This document shows, in pieces, positions 39,650-49,088 of a DNA stretch of 64,000 nucleotides. The position numbers were made by a program, and so were the translations under genes. Within the stretch, counting starts at the first letter, position 1, and the number at the start of each line of letters is the position of its first letter. Below the pieces are notes generated by a model. The model had not been told where the DNA came from, searched no databases, and saw only the letters and a program-made list of their open reading frames with translations. Source of the DNA: Candidatus Eiseniibacteriota bacterium (lineage in GTDB: Bacteria > Eisenbacteria > RBG-16-71-46 > CAZAMP01); NCBI GenBank assembly GCA_965224245.1, contig OZ245046.1:3904001-3968000 (forward strand). Reading direction: 5' to 3'.

Positions 39650-42600
39650 TCAGCGCCAGTCGCCCGCCGCGACGCAGCCCGCCCAGCGGTGGGGATGCGT
39701 GGAGTAGCCGGCCTCTCGCAATGCCGCGAGCCTCACGAGGCACGCGGCGCGACACGCCTCGGCCGTGCTCAGGCCGTCGCGAAAGCGCGCGGCATACAGC
39801 GCCGACATCCAGTCTCGGGTGGCCTCGTCGCTGACCGGCCACAGGCTCATGATGAGCGTGCGGGCGCCCGCGATCTCGACCGCCCGGCGGAGACCAAACA
39901 CGCCCTCCGAGCTCGATACCCGCCCGACCCCCGTGTTGCAGGCGGAGAGCACGACCCAGCCCACACCCTCGAGATCCAGGCCCACGATTTCCTCGGCGGT
40001 GAGAACGCCGTCGTACTGTGAACTTCTCTCCTCCGCGCGGCGGTTCGCGCCCGCGAGCGCGAGCCCGGACAGGCGAAGCGCGCTGGCATCGACGGTGACC
40101 GAGCGTTTGGCTCCGTCCATCCGGGTCGACTCGCCCGAGGCGGCGAGAGCCCAGCCACACGTGGGGTCGACGAAGAAGCCGTGCGTGGCGACGTGGACGA
40201 CCTCTCGAGCCGGCGCCAGCGAACGCAGCGCCGCCTCGGTGGCCTCTGACCCGAGCAGGACGCGTGTCCGGCCGTCATCGCCCTCCGTCGCCGCGCGGTC
40301 GGCGGGTGATGCACCCCCATGGCGGCGGCCGTGACGGAACACCGTCGCGACCTCGGTGACCTCCTCGGCCGTGAGCGGCAGCGGCTCGAACACGAGCTCC
40401 CCGAAGTCCAGGCAATCGGCCGTGAATCCTCTGTAGTCGACGACCTCGGGGGGGAGCCGGCCGGCCACGAGCGGCTCGTCACCGCTCGCCGGCGACGCGT
40501 CGAATGCGACCCCACCCAGCGCGAGCAGGCCCCGGCCGTGCCGATCTCCTTGGGATGCCGCGACGAGCCGCTCGCTCGACAGCACGTGGAGCGTCGGCGC
40601 CGCCTCGACGAGGTAGGAATCGGCTCCCGACGGGAGCGACGCGAACGACACGAGATTGAGCGCACCCGCCGGCACGATGAGCGCGAGCGAGCGATCGTCC
40701 ACCACCGACGCGACGGGGTCCCAGATGCGTGAGCGGAGCGCGTCTCCGGCCCGGCGATAGCGGTCGAGCACGTCGGGGTCGACGCGATCACGCCGAATCC
40801 CCCGTGTCCGATCGCCGGTCGACGCGATGCCGGTCACCTCGCGCCGCCACGACGCGACCAGCGAATCGATCTTGGCGGCACTCCCGAGCGGAACCACCGG
40901 CACGTCGACACGATCGTCGCGCAGGACGAAGGCGAGGTAGCGGCCATCGCCCGAGCGCGATGCGAACGGATCCGGTCTGGGCGACTGCTGGTGCCAGTAG
41001 CGCGCGTAGGCCACGATCGCGCTCCGGTCCGGCAGCGCCGCACGCACCTCCGCGATGCCGGCATCGACTCCTCGCGATGCGACGCGTCTGGTCGCCTCAC
41101 CCTGGGCAAACTCCGCTCGCTCGAGGCGCGCTCGTGCCCGCTCGAGGCGGGCGCGATACGCCTCGGGCTCGCCGGCCGGTCCGAGCACGAGGAGCTCGGC
41201 GAGGGTGTCCCGAGCCGCCCCCAGCTCCGCCGCGAGCTCCAGAACGACGGGGTCGGAGCTCGTGACGCCGAGACGACGACGCCGGCCCATCTCGTCCAGC
41301 ACGAGGGCTCGCGAGCGGATCAGCTCGTCCAGGGCCCGCGACACGAGCTCCTTCTCCTCGCCGTGATCCACCGCCACCGACAGAAGCCAATCGAGACTCA
41401 TGCGCAGTCGCGCCGCGGACTCCAGCGCCTGACGCTCGCTCAGAACGGACATCGTCTCGCGGAGCTGGCGCCGGTTGATCCCGTTCGCACGGGCGGCGCT
41501 GGTCATCGCGAGACCGGGATCGCCCAGGTCCGCGAGCACCATGGCCCGCATCACCAGGCTCGACGCGAGATCGGGATGGTCGCTCCCGAGCACCTCTTCA
41601 CGACCCTCGACCGCGGCCTCGATGAGCGCGAGGGCCTCGGTGGGGCGCCCCCCCCACCTCAGCTCGGATGCGAGGTTGTGACGCGAGGTGAGGACATCCG
41701 GATGCCGGGCGTCCAGGTGCGCCTCGCGTAGCGAGAGGACGTCACGGTGGATCGACTCCGCCGCGGCGGGACGACCGCGCTCGGCTTCCACGATCGCCAG
41801 ATTGTTCAACGTGGACGCGACCGACAGCTCGCCCAGCGATGCGTTCGCGCGGTAGATCGAGAGCGCTCGTTGGAGGTATCGCTCCGCGTCGTCGTACCGA
41901 CCGAGGTGGATGCACGCCGCGCCGAGCGCGTCGGCGACCGCCGCCACGTAGGCGTGGTCGGCGCCGAGCACCCGCTCGCGGATCGTGAGCGCCTCCTCGA
42001 GGTAGTCGATCGCGCCCTGGTGATCTCCCGTCGCCGCGAGAACGTCTCCGAGGACCTTGAGGTTCTGAGCCAGCGTCGGGTGGTCGGGAGCCAGTCGCGC
42101 GCGGCGGACCACCAGCGCGCGCTCCAGGAAAACGCGTGCCTCCGCGTGATAGCCGAGACGCTGCTGGATCACGGCCAGGTTGTGCATCGCCGACACCGTG
42201 GTCAGGTGCTCCGGTCCCCGTGTCTTCTCCTGAATCGCCAACGATCGCGCGAGCGCGTCCCGCGCCTCGACGTATCGCCCCGCGAAGACGAGCGTGGACC
42301 CGATCTGATTGAGAGCCGATGCGACCTTCGTATGCTCGGGGCCGAGCACACGCCGGCGGATGTCGAGCACGCGCTCGGCGACGGCCAGCGCGCGTGCCGT
42401 CTGTCCGCTGTCGCGCAGTACGTAGTTCAGGAACGAGAGGGCCTTCGCGGTCTCCAGGGCGTCGGGTCCGAGCTCGCGCTCTCGCAACGCCACCGCGCGC
42501 TCGGCGAGATCGATGGCGCGATCGTACTCCGCCGCCACGCGGTGGAGCGTCGCGCGATTGACGAGGCTGTGAGCCAGCGCCACCGGCTGGTCCGCCTCGT

Positions 42601-43045
42601 GGGCTTCCCGGATCACGACCGCCCGATCGGCGAGGGGCTCGAGCGTCTCGGCGGTCGGGTTGCGCGTACGGATGTGGGCGAGGACGAGGAGATCGATCAC
42701 GCTGGCGGTGGCGGGAGAGTCGTCTCCGGTCGCCGCTTCGATGCGTGGCAGTAGCGCGTCCAGGCCGTCGATCGCCTCGTCCAGCTCGAAGCGCTCGACC
42801 GCGGCTTCGAGCGCCCGATACTCCGTCTCGAGCGCCTCGGGTACGTCGGCCCACGCGGTGGAATCGGCGTGCGCGCGCGATCCTGACGCGGGCGAGGCGC
42901 TCGTTTGGCTCGGCACGTCCGGCGAGGCCGGGGCGCTCGATGCGGGCGCGACGGGTACGCTCGCCGCACCCGCCAGCGCCACGCAGAGCGTGCCCACGAG
43001 GCGTTGTCGTGTCGATCGTGTCATGCGCGCGCGTCGTTTCATCAT
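39650..43045 (-). CDS. TPR-CHAT (caspase-like) protease with N-terminal signal/TM segment
   Basis: About 9-10 kinesin-light-chain-type TPRs (LGPEH..VA); CHAT catalytic His VHVATHGF and Cys VLSACNTG; SLWPVSD; WAG.VAAGDW. Confidence 0.92.
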   Translation of the reverse strand: MMKRRARMTRSTRQRLVGTLCVALAGAASVPVAPASSAPASPDVPSQTSASPASGSRAHADSTAWADVPEALETEYRALEAAVERFELDEAIDGLDALLPRIEAATGDDSPATASVIDLLVLAHIRTRNPTAETLEPLADRAVVIREAHEADQPVALAHSLVNRATLHRVAAEYDRAIDLAERAVALRERELGPDALETAKALSFLNYVLRDSGQTARALAVAERVLDIRRRVLGPEHTKVASALNQIGSTLVFAGRYVEARDALARSLAIQEKTRGPEHLTTVSAMHNLAVIQQRLGYHAEARVFLERALVVRRARLAPDHPTLAQNLKVLGDVLAATGDHQGAIDYLEEALTIRERVLGADHAYVAAVADALGAACIHLGRYDDAERYLQRALSIYRANASLGELSVASTLNNLAIVEAERGRPAAAESIHRDVLSLREAHLDARHPDVLTSRHNLASELRWGGRPTEALALIEAAVEGREEVLGSDHPDLASSLVMRAMVLADLGDPGLAMTSAARANGINRRQLRETMSVLSERQALESAARLRMSLDWLLSVAVDHGEEKELVSRALDELIRSRALVLDEMGRRRRLGVTSSDPVVLELAAELGAARDTLAELLVLGPAGEPEAYRARLERARARLERAEFAQGEATRRVASRGVDAGIAEVRAALPDRSAIVAYARYWHQQSPRPDPFASRSGDGRYLAFVLRDDRVDVPVVPLGSAAKIDSLVASWRREVTGIASTGDRTRGIRRDRVDPDVLDRYRRAGDALRSRIWDPVASVVDDRSLALIVPAGALNLVSFASLPSGADSYLVEAAPTLHVLSSERLVAASQGDRHGRGLLALGGVAFDASPASGDEPLVAGRLPPEVVDYRGFTADCLDFGELVFEPLPLTAEEVTEVATVFRHGRRHGGASPADRAATEGDDGRTRVLLGSEATEAALRSLAPAREVVHVATHGFFVDPTCGWALAASGESTRMDGAKRSVTVDASALRLSGLALAGANRRAEERSSQYDGVLTAEEIVGLDLEGVGWVVLSACNTGVGRVSSSEGVFGLRRAVEIAGARTLIMSLWPVSDEATRDWMSALYAARFRDGLSTAEACRAACLVRLAALREAGYSTHPHRWAGCVAAGDWR

Positions 43046-43140
43046 CGGGTCACACGTCGAGCCTCAATGGTATCAGCGACGGCACCTCCCGGCCACGCAC
43101 GCCGCGCCGATCGCACCGGGATCGAGGCGATCGGGGGCGC

Positions 43141-46100
43141 TCATCTCGTCACCAGGACCTTTCGCGAGCGTACGCCCTCGCCGGTCACCAGGCGAACGAG
43201 GTAGACGCCGCTCGGCACCGGGTGACCGCGCGCGTCGCGACCATCCCACCTGATCGTGTGTCGTGGGGACCGCAGGTCACGGTCGTGCAGCGAGGTCACG
43301 TATCGTCCGGCCACGTCGTGGACGGTGACCTCGACTCGCCCGGGGCGATCGAGCACGACCTCCAGCCGCGTGTGCGATCGCGTGGGGTTGGGGAACGCGC
43401 TCGACACGATCGGCGGCAGCCCGGCCGGCGCCTCCCCGTCGGCGAGCGCCAGAATCGTGCCTCCGGTCCGGATGTCCTTCTCGGTCGTGGCGTTGCCAGG
43501 GAGGGAGAACCACGGCGAGTGAGGAAACAGCGGTGACCGCGTGACGACCCGGGCTCGCCAGTGGTACGAGGTCGCCTCTTCGAGACCGGTCACGAAGCCC
43601 ATGAAGAGCAGCTGGCTGCCTGCGCCGGACACCGGAGTGCCGGTGTCGAGGAACGCCGGGCTCCGTCCGAGGCCCGCGCCATCGAAGGGGACGCCCAGTG
43701 GCTTCACCTCCCACTCCAGGCGGACGTCGCCGCGGCCGGCCGGCGTGCGCCCCGCCACCGAGATCCGGAAGGCGGTGTCGTCGTCGGAGACGCCGAGGAG
43801 GCTCACGGGCGTCGTCGACGCGATTCGCCTCTGCTGCACGGGGCGGTCCATGCCGTCTCCACCGTTGCCCAGGAACCCCAGGGTGCGGCCGCCGTGAATC
43901 GTCGCATCCGACCAGCCGGGTGCACCGACCAGCACGTCGGCATAGCCATCCCCGTTCACGTCGCCGGCCCCACAGACGGACCAGCCGAGACGTGCGGACG
44001 CGAGGCCGCCGGTCGTCGCCCACCCGGCGCGACGACTCGGCCCGGACACGCTGCCGGTGTAGACGAGGGCCGCCCCCTCCGAGGGAGCGCCGGCGGACCA
44101 CGCGTAGCTGCCGACGATGACGTCGGAGTAGCCGTCCCCGTTCACGTCACCGGCGCCGGCCACGTCATGTCCGTAGGCCACCGACGAGAGTCCGGAGCCG
44201 GCCGCCCAGTCGGCGTTGCCCGGCTCACCGGGCGCTCCGAGGCCCGAGGCGCCACCCAGCCACACGAAGGCGCGCCCCTCGTCGACCTGATCGGCGTCGT
44301 ACAGATAGGCGCCGACGATCACGTCGGAGTAGCCGTCCCCGTTCACGTCGCCCGCGCTGGCCGCCGACCACCCGAACGCCGCCGCGCCCTGGTTGCTCTC
44401 CGCGTGCCAGTCGGCGGTCGTCTCGTCGCCCGAGGCGCCGAGACCGCCGGGGCTCCCGTGCCACACGAACACGGTTCCCTCCCCCGCTTCCGCGCCACCG
44501 ACGTCCGAGTATGCGGGCGCTCCGACGATGACGTCCGAGAACCCATCGGCGTTCACGTCTCCGGCCGTGGCGACACGGCCGCCGAACGTCGCGTTCGGCA
44601 GCGTGCCCGAGGTGGTCCACGCGGCGACCGCACCCGGACCGCTCTCGCCTCCGTGATGCAGATACACGCGACCGCGCTCCCCGTCGTACCCGCTGGCCCC
44701 GATCAGCACGTCGGCGAAGCCATCCCCGTCGACGTCTCCGGCCGAGGCAACCGAGGTGCCGAACAGGTCGCCGACCGCCTCCCCGAACTCCCGCCAGTCC
44801 ACGTTGGTGGGGACCCCGAACGCCCCGAGACCCGTCGGGCTCCCGAACCACGCAAACGCGGCCCCCGCGACACCGCCCTGGTCGTAGTACGGCGCGCCGA
44901 CGATGACGTCGTCATATCCGTCGCCGTCGACGTCGCCCGCCATCGCCACCGAAGCCCCGAGCCGGGCGCCTGCCTGATTGCTCTCCGCACGCCACACGCC
45001 GGTGAGATCCAGACCATCGCGCGAGCCGAAGTAGACGAACGCGGCGCCTTCGTCGACCTCACCGCTGTCGTAGAGAGGACTTCCGATGATGACGTCCGAG
45101 TAGCCGTCCCCGTTCACGTCACCGGCGCCGGCGACGGACGATCCCCAGAGTGCGGCGTTCTGTGTCGTCCCGGCGCCGAATGCCGCGGACGTGTCGAGCC
45201 CTTCGGGAACGCCGCGATAGCAGGCGGCGAATCCGTCGCCGGACGTCGGCGAGCCGACGAGCACGTCGCCGAAGCCGTCGCCGTCCACGTCACCCGCCGC
45301 GGCAACCGCCATCCCGAAGTTCCCGAGCGAAACGGTGCCGTAGAGCGACTCGCTCGCCGTTCCCGACAGCCCGGCCGCACCTCCCTCGAACAGGAACGCA
45401 CCGCCGACGTTCGCCACCGTCGGACCGTCCACGCCGGGTGCCCCCACCACGACGTCGGCGTAGCCGTCGCCGTTCACATCCCCCGCGCTCGCCACCACCG
45501 TACCGGCGTAGCCGTCTTCCTGGGCCGGCCCGAACGACCACACGGGAAGCAGCGTGGGACCGCTGGCGGTCCCGAGGTACGCGAAGGCGGCCCCCTCGGC
45601 GGGTGCGGTGGAGGACCACAGAGGCGATCCGACGAGCACGTCGGCATAGCCGTCACCGTTCACGTCGCCGGCGCTCGACACGGAGATGCCGTAGTTCGTG
45701 TCGTCGATTCCGTCGGTCGCGCTCCACATCGCGCTCGCGGGAGTGGCGCCGGCCGGCAGTCCGGAGGCGCCGCCGCCCCACACGAAGGCCGCCCCCCACG
45801 GCGCGCCGGCCCATTCGTACCCGGTCGCCCCGGCGATGACGTCGTCGTATCCGTCACCGTTCACGTCCCCCGCCGTCGACACCGAGGCGCCGAGACGAGC
45901 ACCGGCGGCGCCCCCGGTCACGACCCACGAGCCCGCGAAGCCCAGCCCCGCGGCCGATCCGTAGAAGACGGTCAGTCGCCCCTCGTCGGCCACCGCGCCA
46001 TCCCAGCGCCAGGTCCCGAACGCGACGTCGGCGAACCCATCGCCGTTCACGTCGCCCGCGCAGGCGACCGAGTTCCCCAGCTCCGCGAACGCCTGGTTGC

Positions 46101-47286
46101 TCTCGAAGAGCCAGTCGATCCCGGTGAGCGCACCCGAGGGGCCCAGCCCCCCCGCACCGCCGTACCAGACGAAGCACGCGCCCTCGTCCGTCTGTCCGTT
46201 GGAGTAGAGACGAGCCCCGACGATCACGTCGTCATAGCCGTCGCCGTTCACGTCGCCCGCGCTGGACACCGACGAGCCGAGGTACGTGTTCGCCAATCCC
46301 CCCACGTTCGTCCAGTCCGGGGTCGGAGACGGACCCGACGGTGATCCGAGATGCAGGTAGACCTTGCCCTGATCGGTCGTCCCGGAGTCGTAATCGGGGG
46401 CACCGACGATCACGTCGGAATAGCCGTCTCCGTTCACGTCACCGGCGGTCGCGACCGCGGCCGCGAAGAGGCTTCCGCCCTGCTCGCTCTCGAAGATCCA
46501 GTCCGGCGTCACGATCAGGGGATCGACCACCACGGGATACGTCGCGTCGCGGTCGTCGACCACGATGCGGACGTGGTCACCGCCGAGCTCGAGCCGGGAC
46601 GGGAGCTCGCGACCGCACGCGTCCACCACCACGAGATCTCGGTACCGGAGAACGTGCGCGCCGTCGTGAGAGAAGTCGATCCACCGTCCCGAAGGGTCGA
46701 GGTCCGCGAGGAGCCTCCTCGGCTCGTTCGTGCACTCGGTCAGGGATCCCTCGATGCAGAGCGCGCCGGCGCCGGGCGGAGAGCGATGCAGCGTGAATCC
46801 CTGCTCCACCCCGCGGGGCGTGTTCTCGTACCACTCGACGATCCCCGCTCTGGCATAGACGACGCGCCGGTCGTCGGCGACGGGCGAGACGGCCTCGGCA
46901 GGTCGCATGAGATCGGTGCGACCCCAGCGCGTCGTCGTCCACCCGAGCTCCCAGTCGGAACGCGGATCGGTCCGGCTGACCACCCGGATGCCGTCGGGAT
47001 CGAAGAACGTCCTGAGACCGTGCTCGCGGTTCGGCGCCTGGAGGACGCCTCCCGGGCCCGGTGTCACCGCGTACTCGGCGGCAATCATGGCGGCGCGAGC
47101 CGCTGACCACCAGTCGCCGTCGATGCCGGTGGACGAGAGGCTCGTCGCGTCCGATCCTCCGGCCGCGGCCGGGCTCGGCGCGGACGCCGGCGGCGAGACG
47201 CCGTGGCCCGGCAGCGGTGCGGTCGCGAGGGCAACCACCGTGATCAGCAACGCGGCGAGAGCGCGTCTGGGATTTCGAGCGGACAT
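43141..47286 (-). CDS. Secreted FG-GAP (integrin-alpha-like) repeat protein with FlgD-Ig C-terminal domain
   Basis: GGAGG RBS; signal peptide; 14 AGDV[ND][GA]DG[YF]xD repeats; FPNPTR..WDGRD..PSGVYLVRL. Confidence 0.93.
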   Translation of the reverse strand: MSARNPRRALAALLITVVALATAPLPGHGVSPPASAPSPAAAGGSDATSLSSTGIDGDWWSAARAAMIAAEYAVTPGPGGVLQAPNREHGLRTFFDPDGIRVVSRTDPRSDWELGWTTTRWGRTDLMRPAEAVSPVADDRRVVYARAGIVEWYENTPRGVEQGFTLHRSPPGAGALCIEGSLTECTNEPRRLLADLDPSGRWIDFSHDGAHVLRYRDLVVVDACGRELPSRLELGGDHVRIVVDDRDATYPVVVDPLIVTPDWIFESEQGGSLFAAAVATAGDVNGDGYSDVIVGAPDYDSGTTDQGKVYLHLGSPSGPSPTPDWTNVGGLANTYLGSSVSSAGDVNGDGYDDVIVGARLYSNGQTDEGACFVWYGGAGGLGPSGALTGIDWLFESNQAFAELGNSVACAGDVNGDGFADVAFGTWRWDGAVADEGRLTVFYGSAAGLGFAGSWVVTGGAAGARLGASVSTAGDVNGDGYDDVIAGATGYEWAGAPWGAAFVWGGGASGLPAGATPASAMWSATDGIDDTNYGISVSSAGDVNGDGYADVLVGSPLWSSTAPAEGAAFAYLGTASGPTLLPVWSFGPAQEDGYAGTVVASAGDVNGDGYADVVVGAPGVDGPTVANVGGAFLFEGGAAGLSGTASESLYGTVSLGNFGMAVAAAGDVDGDGFGDVLVGSPTSGDGFAACYRGVPEGLDTSAAFGAGTTQNAALWGSSVAGAGDVNGDGYSDVIIGSPLYDSGEVDEGAAFVYFGSRDGLDLTGVWRAESNQAGARLGASVAMAGDVDGDGYDDVIVGAPYYDQGGVAGAAFAWFGSPTGLGAFGVPTNVDWREFGEAVGDLFGTSVASAGDVDGDGFADVLIGASGYDGERGRVYLHHGGESGPGAVAAWTTSGTLPNATFGGRVATAGDVNADGFSDVIVGAPAYSDVGGAEAGEGTVFVWHGSPGGLGASGDETTADWHAESNQGAAAFGWSAASAGDVNGDGYSDVIVGAYLYDADQVDEGRAFVWLGGASGLGAPGEPGNADWAAGSGLSSVAYGHDVAGAGDVNGDGYSDVIVGSYAWSAGAPSEGAALVYTGSVSGPSRRAGWATTGGLASARLGWSVCGAGDVNGDGYADVLVGAPGWSDATIHGGRTLGFLGNGGDGMDRPVQQRRIASTTPVSLLGVSDDDTAFRISVAGRTPAGRGDVRLEWEVKPLGVPFDGAGLGRSPAFLDTGTPVSGAGSQLLFMGFVTGLEEATSYHWRARVVTRSPLFPHSPWFSLPGNATTEKDIRTGGTILALADGEAPAGLPPIVSSAFPNPTRSHTRLEVVLDRPGRVEVTVHDVAGRYVTSLHDRDLRSPRHTIRWDGRDARGHPVPSGVYLVRLVTGEGVRSRKVLVTR

Positions 47287-47320
47287 GGCGACCTCCTGTT
47301 CCGTGTGTCTGACCAGTGCG

Positions 47321-47351
47321 AACACGGATCATCGGAGGCTCGAAGTTGCAG
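47321..47351 (-). promoter_or_regulatory. Putative ECF promoter (copy 2) upstream of the FG-GAP gene
   Basis: CTGCAACTTCG-N10-GATCCGTGTT; shares the motif at 48283-48313. Confidence 0.6.
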
Positions 47352-47393
47352 CAGGATCGGTCGCGAACGGGGGGCGATGGGCTCCGGGCGCGG

Positions 47394-48263
47394 TCACGGC
47401 CGGTGGAGCACGTCCACGACGCGAACCGTTCCGCTCGCCGCCTCGAGGATGGCCCGCGTGGCCGACGTCGCCGACGACAGCGTCAGCTCGGGCGCCACCG
47501 AGTCCAGCCGGCGGTCCAGCGACTCGAGGTCCGGCGCTGAAGAGAACGCCGCCACGAGGATGCGTTCGGAGCCGGCCTCGCCGGACAGCGACCATCGATG
47601 CTCGCTCGCGGACGGCGGGACGACGTGGGTCCGACCGGCGGGCCACGGCGCCTGCGCGCCGGCCGGGGTGTCCGGCCACAGGAGCGCGACCTGTCCATCG
47701 GAGTCGACGTGAACGGCGACGACGAACGCCGGCTCGGTGAGCTCGAACGCCACCACGAACCGATCGCCGGTTCGGAGCTCCTCCACCGGCGACGCTCCGC
47801 CGGTGCCGCGCACCCCGATCGGTCGGGTCACGAAGACGCTCTCCCACGGTCCGGCCTCGTTCGAGGGACGCAGCAGGACGATTGTGGCGGCGGCCGCCGC
47901 GACGACGGGCATGAAGACTCGCCACGAGACGACCCGGGCCCACGCCTGCCGCCATCCGGCACCGCCGGCCGCTTCGCCTGCAGCGCCCGTCTCGCGAAGG
48001 CCCAGCTGCCGGCGGAGCGCCGCGAGGCTGGCCTCCTCGGCTCGACGCTCTGCGGGCGACATCGGGTCGGTCTCGGCCGGCCCGGGGCGAAGATCCAGGT
48101 CCCCGTCGGGATCGGGTGCCCGCTCGACGGCCCGGAGTCGCTCCAGCGTTTCGCGGTACCGCGGATGGCCGTCCAGAAACGCGTCCACACGGCGACGCTC
48201 GGCGTCATCGAGGTCGTCGTAGGCGAGAATGAGCTCGCGCATGGTCCGGGCCTCGTCGGTCAT
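47394..48263 (-). CDS. Anti-sigma factor with TM and extracytoplasmic DUF4384-like domain
   Basis: ASD-like N-terminus (LDDAERRRVDAFL..), TM VFMPVVAAAAATIVLL, LRTGDRFVVAFEL..FVVAVHVDSDGQVALLWP, GSERILV. Confidence 0.75.
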   Translation of the reverse strand: MTDEARTMRELILAYDDLDDAERRRVDAFLDGHPRYRETLERLRAVERAPDPDGDLDLRPGPAETDPMSPAERRAEEASLAALRRQLGLRETGAAGEAAGGAGWRQAWARVVSWRVFMPVVAAAAATIVLLRPSNEAGPWESVFVTRPIGVRGTGGASPVEELRTGDRFVVAFELTEPAFVVAVHVDSDGQVALLWPDTPAGAQAPWPAGRTHVVPPSASEHRWSLSGEAGSERILVAAFSSAPDLESLDRRLDSVAPELTLSSATSATRAILEAASGTVRVVDVLHRP

Positions 48264-48282
48264 GGCTTCCACCTCAGCTCGA

Positions 48283-48313
48283 AAGACTGCTCGCGACCCC
48301 ACCGAAGTTGCAG
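48283..48313 (-). promoter_or_regulatory. Putative ECF promoter (copy 1) between sigma and anti-sigma genes
   Basis: CTGCAACTTCG-N10-GAGCAGTCTT. Confidence 0.6.
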
Positions 48314-48360
48314 TCCGCCATGCGCGGACCGATCACGTGGCGTGATCACGGGCGCTCCCC

Positions 48361-48975
48361 TCACCTCGAGTCCTCCTCCGGAAGCGCGAGATCGAGCCGC
48401 TCCACCAGGCACCGCCTGAGCGCCAGTCGGCCTCGCCGGATCCACGCTCTGACGGTGTTCAGGGGCGCCGCCATGTGGCGCGCGATCTCATCGTAGGACA
48501 TCTCGTGATCGAGCAGATGAACGATGGCCTGCCGGTGCCGGTCGTTCGTCAACGTCGAGAGGCAGGCGTCGAACGCGGCCCGGATCTCGACGTCCGCGAG
48601 GCGGTCGTCGGCGCTCCGGCTCGCCGACACCGGCGCACGCGGGTCGAGAGCGTCGCCGTGTGCGTGCTCGCGATCGGACCGGATGCGCTCGCGACGCAGG
48701 CAGTCGAGGAGGCGATAGTTGGCCCGCTTGCGAAACCAGGCCCAGAAGCAGCCGGGTCGCGTGTATACGAAGCGACCCGATCGGAGGTCGGACAGAACAC
48801 CGAGAAGCGTATCGTGTGTCCAGTCCTGGCGTAGCCCGTCGTCGCGCGTGAGACGGCACGCCATGCGATAGACCGGACGGTGCGTACGGGTGAGGAAATC
48901 GTCCACCGCGGGATCGGACCCACGGAGGAGTCCCTCGACCAGCGAGTGCTCGTCATCGTCTCGTCGGGCGTCCAT
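48361..48975 (-). CDS. ECF sigma factor
   Basis: VYRMACRL, FWAWFRKRANY, region 4.2 MSYDEIARHMAAPLNTVRAWIRRGRLALRRCL. Confidence 0.9.
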   Translation of the reverse strand: MDARRDDDEHSLVEGLLRGSDPAVDDFLTRTHRPVYRMACRLTRDDGLRQDWTHDTLLGVLSDLRSGRFVYTRPGCFWAWFRKRANYRLLDCLRRERIRSDREHAHGDALDPRAPVSASRSADDRLADVEIRAAFDACLSTLTNDRHRQAIVHLLDHEMSYDEIARHMAAPLNTVRAWIRRGRLALRRCLVERLDLALPEEDSR

Positions 48976-49088
48976 GCCTGGAGCATACGCACGCACGAGC
49001 GGATTCTGCGAGACCGATCCCCACGCGGACCCCGGGGGCGTCGGGTCCCACCGCCGGCGCACGTGCCGACGGTGGGCGACGGATCGAC

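Noticed and set aside
39650-43045. CHAT as part of a type III-E CRISPR (Craspase) locus
   Set aside because: No Cas7-11/RAMP genes or array in the window; the comparison is mechanistic only.
43900-46470. Regularly spaced CCGTTCACGTC-like DNA repeats as a possible CRISPR array
   Set aside because: They are degenerate, in-frame codons of FG-GAP blades about 180-200 bp apart, and there are no cas genes.
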